The notes below the pieces were generated by a model. That model was given only the letters and a program-made list of their open reading frames with translations, did not search any database and was not told the origin of the DNA. 64,000 bases of DNA, from NCBI GenBank assembly GCA_963820965.1, contig CAWGCC010000007.1, positions 28,277 through 92,276 on the forward strand, in the 5' to 3' direction. Made by a program: the position numbers and the translations under genes. The stretch comes from an uncultured beta proteobacterium (GTDB lineage Bacteria > Pseudomonadota > Gammaproteobacteria > Burkholderiales > SG8-39). This document shows positions 51,290 through 61,561 of this stretch, one piece after another (the stretch's first letter is position 1; every line of letters starts with the position of its first letter).

Positions 51290-53791
51290 CTAGCGCGAGG
51301 CCGATGTCACGCTGCCCAGCGCCATCTCCGGTGCGTCGCTCGCGGCGCGGCTCGGATTCCTGTCCGGTAGCAGGAAGTGCGAGAGCGCCGGGATCAGCAC
51401 GAGCGCGCCGAGCATGTTCCACAGGAACATGAACGTGAGCAGGATGCCCATGTCGGCCTGGAACTTGATTGGCGAGAACGCCCAGGTGATCACACCGGCG
51501 GCGAGCGTGATCCCGACCAGCGCGACCACCTTGCCGGTGAACTGCACCGCGTGCTTGTAGGCCTGCTTCAAGGGAACTCCGGCGCGCTGCTGCGCGAGCT
51601 GAACCGACAGCAGATAGAGCGCGTAATCGACTCCAATGCCGACGCCGAGCGCGATCACCGGCAGGGTCGCGACCTTCACGCCCATGCCAAGGCCGACCAT
51701 CAGCGCTTCGCACAGGACTGACGTGATCGCGAGCGGGACGACGGCGACCATCACCGCACGCCAGCTGCGGAACGTGACGAAGCAGAGCAGGATGACGGCG
51801 CCGTACACATAGAGCAGCATCGTGCGGTTCGCCTGTCGGACGACGCTGTTCGTCGCCGCCTCGATGCCGGCGCTTCCCGCGGCGAGCAGGAACTGGCGAT
51901 CGGGCGTGCTGTGCTCCTGCGCGAACTGCTCGGCGGCCTTGAGGACGCGGTCGAGCGTCTCGGCCTTGTGGTCGGTGAGATAGGCGATGACCGGCATCAC
52001 CGAGCAGTCGCCGTTGAACAGATCGGGGTTGTTCACGCTTGCCTGCTGGGCGGCGTAGTTCAGGGTCTCCTGGTTGCGCGCGAGGGTGAGCCACTTGGGG
52101 CTGCCTTCGTAGGCGCCGGCGGTGATCAGCCTGACCGCGTCCGGCAGCGAGACCGTCGCCTGCACGCCGGGGATATGCTGCAGCGTCCACGCGAGCCGGT
52201 CTGCCTCGACCAGCGTCTGCTCCTTGAGGCAGCCTTCGGGCCCCGTCTTGACGATGACGGCGAACTGATCGCTCGACAAGGCGTAGTGGTCGGTGATGTA
52301 CGCGTTGTCCACGTTGTAGCGCGAGGAGCCGCGCAGCTCGGGCGCGCCCGGATCGAGGTCGCCGATCTTGAGGTTCAGGCTCACCGCGAAGCCCGCGACC
52401 GCGAGCGCGGCCGCGCAGGCGATCGCGCCGACCGCGTAGCGCCGCTCGGTGAAGCGGTCGAGGAAGTTCCACAGCCGGCCGAGACCCTGGCCGCGCGTCT
52501 CTTCGCGCTCCTCCACCAGGCTGCGCTGCGCGGCCGACGGGCTGACGCCCGTGTACGACAGCAGCACCGGCAGCAGGATCAGGTTCGTGAAGATCAGCAC
52601 CGCCACGCCCACGCTCGCGGTGAGCGCGAGATCCTTGATGACCGGAATGTCGATGACGACGAGCACGGCGAACCCGACCGCGTCAGCCAGCAGCGCCGTC
52701 ATGCCGGCGAGGAAGAGGCGCCGGAACGTGTAGCGCGCGGCGACCAGCTTGTGCGTGCCGCGGCCGATGTCCTGCATGATGCCGTTCATCTTCTGCGCGC
52801 CGTGCGACACGCCGATCGCGAACACCAGGAACGGCACGAGGATCGAGAACGGGTCGAGCTCGAAGCCGAGCACCGACACGAGGCCGAGCTGCCAGATGAC
52901 GGCTATCAGCGAGCATCCGATCACGAGCAGCGTGCTGCGGATGCAGCGGGTGTACGCGTAGATGATGATGGCCGCGATCAGCGCCGCGACGGCGAAGTAC
53001 GCCATCACCTGTGCGAGACCTTCGATCAGGTCGCCGATCAGCTTCGCGAAGCCGATGATGCGCACCTTGACCTGGCCGGTCTCCTTGCCGCGCACGTTGC
53101 TTTCGAGGTCCTTCGACAGCTCGTACTTTGCGCGGACGTTATCCTCCAGCAGCCGGGAGAACCCGCGGTAGTCGAGCCGCGCGCCGGTGCGCGGATCGCG
53201 GTCCGCGAGCGGCACGAAGATCATGCTCGACTTGAGATCGTTGGCGATGAGGCTTCCGGCCGACGGCGAGCGCGCGATGTTCGCGCGCAGCTGCTCGGTG
53301 GCGCCGGCCGATCCGTCGTAGCGGTCCGGCATCACGGGGCCGCCCTGAAAGCCTTCCTCGGTCACCTCGGTCCAGCGGATCGCCGGTGTCCACAGCGACT
53401 TGACCCATGCGCGATCGATCCCGGGCGTGAGGAAGATCTCGTCGTTGACCTGCTTCAGCACCTCGAGGTAGTGCTTGTCGAAGATGTCGCCCTGCGTGTT
53501 CTCGACGACCACGCGGATCGAGTTCCCCAGCCCGCGCAGGTCGTTCTTGTGCTCGAGGTAGTTCCTGATGTACGGGTGGCCCTGCGGGATCATCTTCTCG
53601 AAGCTCGCGTTCAGCACGAGCATTGTGATCCCGCAATAGGCGAGGACGACGGTGGCGAGCGCGCATGCGATCACCACGGCGAGCCGGTTGTTGAAGATGA
53701 CGCGCTCGACGAAGGTTCCGGACTTCGGGTCGAAGTCCCTCGCGTCCTTCACGACGGGCATCGCGTCGAGGTTGTGGTCGACGGCGGCCAT
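51290..53791 (-). CDS. MMPL/RND family transporter
   Basis: Two TM blocks with FAIGVSHG and GVGIGVDY, ALLADAVGF, FQADMG. Confidence 0.9.
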   Translation of the reverse strand: MAAVDHNLDAMPVVKDARDFDPKSGTFVERVIFNNRLAVVIACALATVVLAYCGITMLVLNASFEKMIPQGHPYIRNYLEHKNDLRGLGNSIRVVVENTQGDIFDKHYLEVLKQVNDEIFLTPGIDRAWVKSLWTPAIRWTEVTEEGFQGGPVMPDRYDGSAGATEQLRANIARSPSAGSLIANDLKSSMIFVPLADRDPRTGARLDYRGFSRLLEDNVRAKYELSKDLESNVRGKETGQVKVRIIGFAKLIGDLIEGLAQVMAYFAVAALIAAIIIYAYTRCIRSTLLVIGCSLIAVIWQLGLVSVLGFELDPFSILVPFLVFAIGVSHGAQKMNGIMQDIGRGTHKLVAARYTFRRLFLAGMTALLADAVGFAVLVVIDIPVIKDLALTASVGVAVLIFTNLILLPVLLSYTGVSPSAAQRSLVEEREETRGQGLGRLWNFLDRFTERRYAVGAIACAAALAVAGFAVSLNLKIGDLDPGAPELRGSSRYNVDNAYITDHYALSSDQFAVIVKTGPEGCLKEQTLVEADRLAWTLQHIPGVQATVSLPDAVRLITAGAYEGSPKWLTLARNQETLNYAAQQASVNNPDLFNGDCSVMPVIAYLTDHKAETLDRVLKAAEQFAQEHSTPDRQFLLAAGSAGIEAATNSVVRQANRTMLLYVYGAVILLCFVTFRSWRAVMVAVVPLAITSVLCEALMVGLGMGVKVATLPVIALGVGIGVDYALYLLSVQLAQQRAGVPLKQAYKHAVQFTGKVVALVGITLAAGVITWAFSPIKFQADMGILLTFMFLWNMLGALVLIPALSHFLLPDRNPSRAASDAPEMALGSVTSASR

Positions 53792-53818
53792 TTCGATTTC
53801 TCCGTGGTGCGGTCGTTG

Positions 53819-54877
53819 TCAGGGCAGCTGCGACGCCCGCACGCCGCGAGGCCCGGTGACGACGATGCTCTTGGCGTCGAGGGCGACGACCGCTGCTGCC
53901 GGCGCGGGACGATCGGCCGCGACGGGCGCGAACGTCGAGCCGGAGTCGGAGGACACGAGAACGTGCCCCGCCTGGCTCACGAGCACGATGCGGCCGTCGG
54001 GCGTCAGCGTGCCGCCCGTCAAGTTGACCGGAATCCGCGTCTCGACCTTCTGCCACGAGGCGCCGCCGTCCGTCGTCCGGTACGCATTGCCCCGCAGCCC
54101 GAACAGGAGCACGGTTCCCGGTTTGCCGGTGATGGCGAAGTAGGTCCCTTCGTAGGGGGTTGGCACGGCGCGGAAGCGCTGCGCCTTCGCATCGAGCTTC
54201 AGCACGATGCCTTGCTCGCCTGCGGCATAGAGATCGTCGCCGATGCGACGGACGGCATAGAGGTGGTAGCGCTTCGGATTGTCGGTCCGATCGAACCACG
54301 GAACCCAGTGCTTGCCGCCGTCGCCGGTGCGGAAGACGAGATTGAACACACCGACGACGTAGCCGACGTTCTCGTCGTCGAACCAGACATCGAGGAACGG
54401 CTTGTCGGCACCTTCCGCAGCGAAGCGTTTCGCTTCATCGAGCAGCGTCGCCGCGTCCGGTCTTGCTTCGCCGTGCTTTTCGTAGTGATCGACCATTGCC
54501 TGCGCGGCATCCCGACCGTCGATCTGCTTCACCCAGGTTGCGCCGCCGTCGCTCGTCGCGAGGACGACGCCGCCATGCCCGACGGCCCAGCCCTTCTTCG
54601 AGGTGGGGAAGTGCACCGCCACCAGATCGACACTGACCGGGACGCTCGCCTGCGTCCAGCTCCGGCCGTGATCGTCCGAATAGAGGATGTGCCCGCGCTG
54701 ACCGACGACGACGACGCGGTTGCCCGCGACGGCGGCGCCGTTCAGGATCCGCTGCGAGGCGAGCGGGCTCGTCTGCGAAGGCGCGTCGAGCACGTCGACA
54801 TAGGGTGCGCTCGAGGCGCTCGGCGCGACGAGCAGGGCGAGCGCCGCGAGCAACGGTGCGAGATGGCGCATGTTCAT
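53819..54877 (-). CDS. YCF48-related BNR-repeat beta-propeller protein
   Basis: Signal peptide; repeated Asp-boxes SDDHGRSW, TSDGGATW, TGDGGKHW, TTDGGASW. Confidence 0.88.
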   Translation of the reverse strand: MNMRHLAPLLAALALLVAPSASSAPYVDVLDAPSQTSPLASQRILNGAAVAGNRVVVVGQRGHILYSDDHGRSWTQASVPVSVDLVAVHFPTSKKGWAVGHGGVVLATSDGGATWVKQIDGRDAAQAMVDHYEKHGEARPDAATLLDEAKRFAAEGADKPFLDVWFDDENVGYVVGVFNLVFRTGDGGKHWVPWFDRTDNPKRYHLYAVRRIGDDLYAAGEQGIVLKLDAKAQRFRAVPTPYEGTYFAITGKPGTVLLFGLRGNAYRTTDGGASWQKVETRIPVNLTGGTLTPDGRIVLVSQAGHVLVSSDSGSTFAPVAADRPAPAAAVVALDAKSIVVTGPRGVRASQLP

Positions 54878-54921
54878 GGCATCTTCCTCCGGCGTGATCG
54901 AGCGCGCTTCCGGCGAGTCGG

Positions 54922-56266
54922 TCAGCGAATGCCCGAACCGGCGAGCGAGTCGGCCGTCCACTCGGTCGGGGTCAGCGGCTCGATGTAGCGGACGCCGCCT
55001 GTTTCCGACACGAGCCCGAGCACCGTGTACGAGCCGGCGATCAGGTCGTAGAACACGTTGCAGTCTCCGAACACGGCCGCTTCGTCATAGGACGGCGTCA
55101 GGAAGTTGAAGCCGGCGCGGAAGTAGTTGCCGCGGGCGTCGTAGGCATCGGTCGCGACCGCGATCCACGTGTCCTCGTCGATGTAGAAGCGCCGCGTCGC
55201 GTAGATGTGCCGGCTGTCGGGCTTGAGCGTCGCCTCGACGACCCACACCCGGTGCAGCTCCCAGCGGGCGGCGTCCGGGTTGACGAACTGCGGCTTGAGG
55301 ACGTCGTCGATCTTCGTGTTGTAGACGAGCTTGTAGGTGTTGTACGGCACGACGATCTCCTTCTTGCCGACGAGCTTGAAGTCGTACCGGTCCATCTTGC
55401 CGTTGTACATGAACGCGTCGTCGTACGTCGTCATGCCCGAGGTGACCGGGCTCGGCGTGTCGTACGCGATGTCGGGTGCGAGCTTCACGCGCCGCTGCCC
55501 TGGCAGGTACTGCCACGCGCGCCGATTGCCATTGGTGTAGGTCAGCGGGTCGTGCACGAGGAGGCCTTCGCCCGCGCGACGCGCCGGACCCTTGTAGTCC
55601 AGACGTAGCATGTAGTAGATGTCGGACGATGTCTTCGTCGGGTCGTAGTACGGGTACTGGTTGGTGTTGATCGTCTCGGTGGACAGCGCCGGCCTGCCGC
55701 TCGCGTCCACCGTGAAGGTGCGGGCCCTGAACTGGTACGTGAAGCCGGCGTAGCGCGTCAGATGGTTCCACATCACCTCGTGGCCGTCCTTGGGGATCGG
55801 GAACGGCACGCCGCCATAGGCGTTCGAGAGGCCGATGCCGCCCTCGGTCGTCTTGGCGCGGGTCGCGTTCTTCAGCGTGTTGTCGGCCACGAACTTGTTG
55901 ATCGCCGCCGTGCGATGCGTCGGATAGACGTCGACGCGGAACGCGGGATAGCGCTTGAGAAGCTCCTTGGTGCCCTCGGTCAGCTTGTCGGCGTACTTGT
56001 CGATGCTCTTCGCATCGATCGAGTACAACGGCTTCTCAGTCGCGAACGGATCCGGACGGATGCCGTCGCCCTTCTTGAAGGCAGCTGGCGAAGTGGTGAG
56101 CCCGCCGGTGTACTCGGGAATCGTGCCGTCCTTGTTGCCGGCCTTCTCGGCGCCGATCGGCGTGAGGTTGCTGCCGAGCTTGCTTCGCCTCTTCGGCGGT
56201 CACCGCGGCGAGCGCGCCGCCGGCGAATGCGGCGAGGGTCGCCGCGATCAGGGTCCGTCTGAACAT
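54922..56266 (-). CDS. DUF1329 family periplasmic protein (frameshift near 56185)
   Basis: AVTAEEAK..LTPIGAEKAGNKDGTIP, YPTHR, AWQYLPGQRRVK, WELHRVWVVEATLK. Confidence 0.88.
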
Positions 56267-56293
56267 GTCTCGATTCTCCTTTGACAGATGGTG

Positions 56294-58135
56294 TTAGAAA
56301 GTGGTCTTGAACGTCATCGCGACGAATCCGCGGTCCGACAGTGCTGCCGGCACGCCGTTCTCGACGCTCATGTTGCCGTTCGCGTCGGTCGAGTAGTCGC
56401 CGTAGAAGCCGACGTACTTCAGGTCGACGCGGTATTTCTGATAGATGTCGAACGCAATCCCGGCGCCCCATTGCCCCGCGCCCTTGCTGCCGCCGGCGGT
56501 CACCGCCGAGTTGCCCGAGATGCCCTGCGCCCAGCTGAGCGGCATCAGCAGATCGACGCCGGGGAATACCTGGAACCAGGTCGGGGTGAAATTGATCGCG
56601 AGGCCGAAATAGTTCTTGGACACGCGGTCGATGGCGGAATAGCCGGAGCGGCCCCTGAACACCGCCTCGTTCTGCGTCACCTTGGCCCAGTTGTTCCAGG
56701 TGAGCTCAGCCAGCAGCGAGGCGGTGTCGAAGATCGGCGTCTTCGGCAGGACGCTCACGGCGTTCACCAGACCGTGCCAGGTGTCGCCGCGCGCGCCGGG
56801 CGTGTTGTGACTGGGGACCGCGTTGGTGGCAATCGACCCCGGCACGAGCGGAACGAAGCTGGCGGGCACGACCAACACCGGATCGCTCCAGAGCGGCATG
56901 TTCGTCCGATAGCTCAGCTCGGATCCGAAGCTGATCCCGGCGATGCTCTTCGAGAGGCTGAGGCCATACAGATTGATGTCGCTGCCGAAGGCGAGGTTGT
57001 ATTGGCCCGTTTGGCCGAGCGCCAGCAGCGCCGGCACCGTGGTGGCCGCCGGGTTCACGAAGCACGTCGTCGGCGAGATCGGGGTGCCGCCCCGCGGCGC
57101 GCACGCCGCCGCCGGGACCGGGAGGACGCCCGGCGTGACGGCGACCTGCGGCAGGATGTCGGCCGACCGGCGGTAGTAGAACCCCAGCGTGCCGTCCAGC
57201 CACTCCGGACTCCACCGCGCCGACAGGCCCCAGTCGCCGCTGTTTTTCGGCTTTACGTCAGCCGCGTGGAACGCACGCAGCAGCGGCGGCGTGCCCGGAA
57301 CGCCGGGGCCGGCGATCAGCGAGTCGGCGCCGAAGAGGAGAAAGTCCTGCGCGGCGAGGTAGCTGCCAGACTCGGGGATGCGCGCCTCCTCCCAATTGAA
57401 GAAGTACTGGCCCGCCACCGTCAGCTCTTCGAGCGGCTGCACCTGGAGCGTGATGCCGTTGCGCGGGCGGAAGATTTCCTTGGCCTCCGCGCCCGGGGTG
57501 GCGAGCGCCTTCCACAGATCGAGCGAATACTGGCCATAGGAGATGGCGTGGATTGCGCCGTTGCCGAGCAGGCTGTCGCCCCAAAAAACGGTGTGCTGGC
57601 CGACCTTGACGCTGACCGGCACCTTGCCGGCGCCGAAGACCTTGCCGGCGTCGAAGTTGGCGAAGGCGAAGGCGTCAAGCAGCTCGCCGGACGGCCCCTC
57701 GGCATAGCGCTGGGTCGTGTTGCTCAGGGCGACCGCCGGACGCCCGTTCACGAGCGTGTTGGAGGTCTGGGGCGAGTCGTTGTCAAGGCTGCCGTAGGCC
57801 GGGTCCCACCAGAAGGCGCCGCTCACGCGTAGCCCGTAGCTGCGCTTGAAGACCAGGTCGAACTCCGACAGGAGGTCGAAGCGGTTGAATACCCTGCCCT
57901 TGTCAAAGTTGCGGTCCCCGTCGTCGAAGTTGGGATTGCCGAGGATGGCCCGGTCCTGACCCTGCACGCGCGAGGCGAGGTTGTAGCGGATCGTGTTGTC
58001 CAACCGAATCTCCACATCCGGATTGCCGGTGTCGATCTCGAATGCCGCGGCGCCGCCGGCGGCGAGTGCGCCCATCGAAGCCAGCGCCGCGCCACGCCAC
58101 CAACGCTTGCACTTTCTGCCTCTCTGTCGTTGCAT
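56294..58135 (-). CDS. DUF1302 family outer-membrane protein
   Basis: Signal peptide, DDGDRNF, GELLDAF, VKVGQHTVFWG, C-terminal DRGFVAMTFKTTF. Confidence 0.88.
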   Translation of the reverse strand: MQRQRGRKCKRWWRGAALASMGALAAGGAAAFEIDTGNPDVEIRLDNTIRYNLASRVQGQDRAILGNPNFDDGDRNFDKGRVFNRFDLLSEFDLVFKRSYGLRVSGAFWWDPAYGSLDNDSPQTSNTLVNGRPAVALSNTTQRYAEGPSGELLDAFAFANFDAGKVFGAGKVPVSVKVGQHTVFWGDSLLGNGAIHAISYGQYSLDLWKALATPGAEAKEIFRPRNGITLQVQPLEELTVAGQYFFNWEEARIPESGSYLAAQDFLLFGADSLIAGPGVPGTPPLLRAFHAADVKPKNSGDWGLSARWSPEWLDGTLGFYYRRSADILPQVAVTPGVLPVPAAACAPRGGTPISPTTCFVNPAATTVPALLALGQTGQYNLAFGSDINLYGLSLSKSIAGISFGSELSYRTNMPLWSDPVLVVPASFVPLVPGSIATNAVPSHNTPGARGDTWHGLVNAVSVLPKTPIFDTASLLAELTWNNWAKVTQNEAVFRGRSGYSAIDRVSKNYFGLAINFTPTWFQVFPGVDLLMPLSWAQGISGNSAVTAGGSKGAGQWGAGIAFDIYQKYRVDLKYVGFYGDYSTDANGNMSVENGVPAALSDRGFVAMTFKTTF

Positions 58136-58251
58136 GTTCTCCTGTCCTCCCAGTCTTGGCCGAGCTTGCTGCACGTGTCGCTTGTTGCAATCCCCAGAGT
58201 GCGCATGTTGCTTCAGTGCGGACCGCTGCGCCCCCGTCAGAACGGAGGGGC

Positions 58252-59355
58252 CTAATGCTTGCGTCGCAGGATCGCCACCGCCACCACGCCGCCGAGCCCG
58301 CCGTTGTGCTGCAACCCGATTCGAGCGCGGGCGACCTGGCGAGGGCCGGCTTCGCCGCGAAGCTGCAAGGTGAGCTCGCAGACTTGCGCGAGCCCGGTGG
58401 CGCCGGGCGCATTCCCAATCGAAAGCAGGCCGCCCGACGGCGAGACGACAACCTTGCCGCCGTAAGTGTTCGCGCCCGATCGGACGAACCGCTCGATGCC
58501 GTCCTCCGCGCAAAGGCCGAGCGCCGCGCAGGAGATCAATTCATCGCCGACGCAGCAGTCGTGCACTTCGGCGACGTCGATGTCCGCGGGATCGACACCT
58601 GCGCTTTCGTAGGCTTTCTCGGCCACGCGGCGCGTCGTGCCGTGGCCGGGCGCATCGAGCAGGTTCTGCCTCTCCGCGCCGGGGCCATCGTCGCCCTCGA
58701 GAACTTGAGCCGCGAGCAGCACGTCGTCGCGCAGTCCGTGGAGTGCCGCGAAGCGGGGCGTGCAAAGGACGACCGCCGCCGCGCCGCAGCTCGCACCGCT
58801 CATGTACGATCGGCGCAGGCGGCCCGTGACAAGCGGCTCCGCGAGCGCCCGCTCGAGCGACAGCGGATCGCGATGGAGCGCGTACGGATTGCGTGCCGCG
58901 TGCACGCGGGCCTTGACGGCGACGCGCGCGAAGGTCTCGTCGCCGATTCCCGTCCGGTCGGCGAGCCATTCGAGCTGAGCAGCGCAAAGCCGCACGACTT
59001 CGGGAGGCGGAGTCGTCGATTCCGTGGCCTCCTCGAATCCCACGGCGAGTGCGCACTTGGCTTCGCCGGAAAGCAGCGCCTGCCGCGCGTGGAACAGCGC
59101 GGCCGAGCCCGACGCGGCGCCGTTGCTGACGTTCGAGACTGCGATGCCGGTGAGGCCCGCGCGGGCGAGCGCGCGCTCGCCCGCGGACAAATCGCCGTGG
59201 ACATGACTGGCGACCGCCTGATCGATGAGCTCGACGTCGATGCCCGCGTCGTCGAGCGCGTTGCGGATGGCGCGTTCCGCAATGCCGCTTGCGTTCGAGC
59301 CAGTGGCCACGAACGGCACCATGCCCACGCCGGAAACGACGACCCGCTCTGCCAT
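58252..59355 (-). CDS. SCP2/lipid-transfer-protein-type thiolase-fold protein lacking catalytic residues
   Basis: VSGVGMVPF, ALAVGFE, NPYA, EVHDC, SPSGGLLS, GATGLAQ; see findings for substitutions. Confidence 0.8.
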   Translation of the reverse strand: MAERVVVSGVGMVPFVATGSNASGIAERAIRNALDDAGIDVELIDQAVASHVHGDLSAGERALARAGLTGIAVSNVSNGAASGSAALFHARQALLSGEAKCALAVGFEEATESTTPPPEVVRLCAAQLEWLADRTGIGDETFARVAVKARVHAARNPYALHRDPLSLERALAEPLVTGRLRRSYMSGASCGAAAVVLCTPRFAALHGLRDDVLLAAQVLEGDDGPGAERQNLLDAPGHGTTRRVAEKAYESAGVDPADIDVAEVHDCCVGDELISCAALGLCAEDGIERFVRSGANTYGGKVVVSPSGGLLSIGNAPGATGLAQVCELTLQLRGEAGPRQVARARIGLQHNGGLGGVVAVAILRRKH

Positions 59356-59554
59356 GTCTTCGTAATCCTCGACGTTCGCCGGCAGCGGAGGCGGGAGCCT
59401 CTCGATTTGGCCGGCATCGAGGGGGAATGTAGCGGCGGGCGAGCTTGCGCGCCCCCGCCGAGGAGGAGGGGACGGGGGGGTCGGCGGAGAGGGAGCGCGC
59501 GCTCCGCGGGCGAAGCGTGGATGGCCCGCCGGGTTACCTAAATCTGTTCGGGCC

Positions 59555-59804
59555 GCAGCGCCGCCATGCTCCTTGGGCATGGTCACGCGGACCCAGCCGC
59601 CGCGGGCGACGGCGTCGCAGAATTCGCTGGGCCAGCGCCTGTGGGTGGCGAAATGCTCCTAGGCGATGAGCTTGGCGGTGTCCAGCACGGCGTCGAAGAC
59701 CTCGCGCGAGTGCTCCTGGTAGCGGGGCGCGAGACGAGCTCCCCCGTGTCGAGAAACTCGTAGAGCAGGAATGCCAGGTCGCGGTCGTTGATCAATGTCG
59801 TCAT
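59555..59804 (-). pseudogene. acyl-CoA dehydrogenase N-terminal remnant
   Basis: INDRDLAFLLYEFLD, frameshift, in-frame TAG, then RWPSEF..GWVRVTMPKEHGG before similarity ends. Confidence 0.75.
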
Positions 59805-59806
59805 GC

Positions 59807-60128
59807 TCACATCCAGCTCAGGATCTGGCCGCCATCCACCGGCAGGGCAACGCCGGTGATGTACCGGCCCGCATCGGAGGTGAGGAGCAGCAGCGCCCCG
59901 TCGAGGTCGTCCGGCTTGCCGAAACGGCGCTGCGGAATGCGCTTGAGGACCGATTCGGTGATGTTGGCCGCATCGAAGGATTCCCGCATGTCCGTCTCGA
60001 TATTCCCCGGACAGACGGCATTGACGCGGATACCCCGCGATGCGAGCTCGAGGGCCATGACATGCGTGAGGTGCACCAGCCCGGCTTTCGACGCGGCGTA
60101 GCTGGTCAGCAGCCCGCCTGCCCGCAGG
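59807..60128 (-). pseudogene. SDR oxidoreductase, C-terminal half only
   Basis: YAASK, IRVNAVCPG, ITGVALPVDGG; no N-terminal TGxxxGxG. Confidence 0.8.
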
Positions 60129-60145
60129 GATCGGCGCTCAGGGCA

Positions 60146-60177
60146 AAACGGAAACGGCCGCGTGCACCGGCCGTTCT
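60146..60177 (-). terminator. probable terminator after the acyl-CoA dehydrogenase gene
   Basis: Minus strand AACGGCCG...CGGCCGTT followed by TCCGTTTT. Confidence 0.55.
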
Positions 60178-60247
60178 GTTCCAATTCGCCCCGGCAGCCC
60201 GACGGCATGGGAAGCGGCGCGAGCGATTCCGGGTCGTCAAGCTATGG

Positions 60248-61507
60248 TTAAGCCATTGCGGGCCTGAGCGGAGCGGTCAGGTAAGGAGCCGTTTCCCCCA
60301 GGTGTTGCGCCCCCGCCTTGACTTCCATGCGGGCAATGGCCTGCAGATGGACTTCGTCCGGGCCGTCGGCGAATCGGAGCGCCCGGCTCCAGGTCCAATG
60401 GTCGGCGAGCGGCGTGTCCGGACTGATGCCCATGGCGCCGAAGACCTGCATGGCCCGGTCGCACACCGCGCTCGCCATGCCGGGGACCAGGGCCTTGATC
60501 ATCGATATCTCTTTTCTCGCCTCCTTGGCGCCGACCTTGTCGATCATCCAGGCCGCCTTGAGGACCAGCAGCCGCGCCTGGTCGATCTCGATCCGCGACC
60601 TGGCGATCCACTCGGACACCGTGCCGTGCTGATGCAGGTATTTCCCGAAGGCCTTGCGCTCCTGGGCCCTTTCGATCATCAGCTCCAACGCCAGCTCGGC
60701 GGCGCCGATGGATCGCATGCAGTGGTGGATGCGTCCCGGACCGAGACGAGCCTGGGCCATGCTGAATCCGCCGCCTTCCTCGCCCAGCAGGTTGCCGACC
60801 GGCACCCGGACGTTGCGGAACAGCACCTCGCAGTGCCCCTCGGGAGAATGGTGGTTCATGATGTTGATATCGCGCACGATCTCCAGGCCGGGCGTGTCCC
60901 TGGGCACCAGCACCATGCTCTGCTGGCGATGCGATTCGGCGGCGGTATCGGTCTTCCCCATGACGATGAATATGCGGCAATGGGGGTGGGCGGCATTGGT
61001 GATGAACCATTTGCGCCCGTTGATCACGTACTCGTCGCCCTCGCGCCTGATCACGGTGGCGATATTGGTGGCATCGGACGACGAGACGTCCGGCTCGGTC
61101 ATCGCGAATGCGGAGCGGATCTCGCCTGCCAGCAAGGGTTTGAGCCAGGCGTCCCGCTGCTCGGGCGTCCCGAACATGTGCAGCAATTCCATGTTGCCGG
61201 TATCCGGCGCATTGCAGTTGAATGCCTCCGAAGCCCACTGGACGCGGCCCATGATCTCGGCGAGAGGGGCATACTCGAGATTGCTCAGGCGCGTTCCCGG
61301 CTCGTCGTCCCGCAAGTGCGGCAGAAACAGATTCCATAGCCCCTCGGATTTCGCCAGGGACTTGAGGTCGTCCATGAAGGAAACGGGGTATTGCCCGCGC
61401 TCGACCTCCTCGCGCCATTGGCGCACGCGGGTGACGATGTGCTCGTCCATGAAGGCCCGGACGCGGCGCCTCAATTCCTCCACCTTGGGTGTGTAGGCAA
61501 AATCCAT
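60248..61507 (-). CDS. acyl-CoA dehydrogenase (ACAD10/11-like)
   Basis: CNAPDTGNME, AMTEPDVSSSDATN, INGRKWFI, RLGPGRIHHCMR, RFADGPDEVH. Confidence 0.93.
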   Translation of the reverse strand: MDFAYTPKVEELRRRVRAFMDEHIVTRVRQWREEVERGQYPVSFMDDLKSLAKSEGLWNLFLPHLRDDEPGTRLSNLEYAPLAEIMGRVQWASEAFNCNAPDTGNMELLHMFGTPEQRDAWLKPLLAGEIRSAFAMTEPDVSSSDATNIATVIRREGDEYVINGRKWFITNAAHPHCRIFIVMGKTDTAAESHRQQSMVLVPRDTPGLEIVRDINIMNHHSPEGHCEVLFRNVRVPVGNLLGEEGGGFSMAQARLGPGRIHHCMRSIGAAELALELMIERAQERKAFGKYLHQHGTVSEWIARSRIEIDQARLLVLKAAWMIDKVGAKEARKEISMIKALVPGMASAVCDRAMQVFGAMGISPDTPLADHWTWSRALRFADGPDEVHLQAIARMEVKAGAQHLGETAPYLTAPLRPAMA

Positions 61508-61561
61508 TTGTCTTGTTTCCTCGGGTGAGCTGTCAATCGACGAAGCGGAGCACCGACGCTT

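Noticed and set aside
59655..59665. In-frame TAG as stop-codon recoding
   Set aside because: It lies in a fragment that is also frameshifted and truncated; TAG is a normal stop elsewhere in the window.
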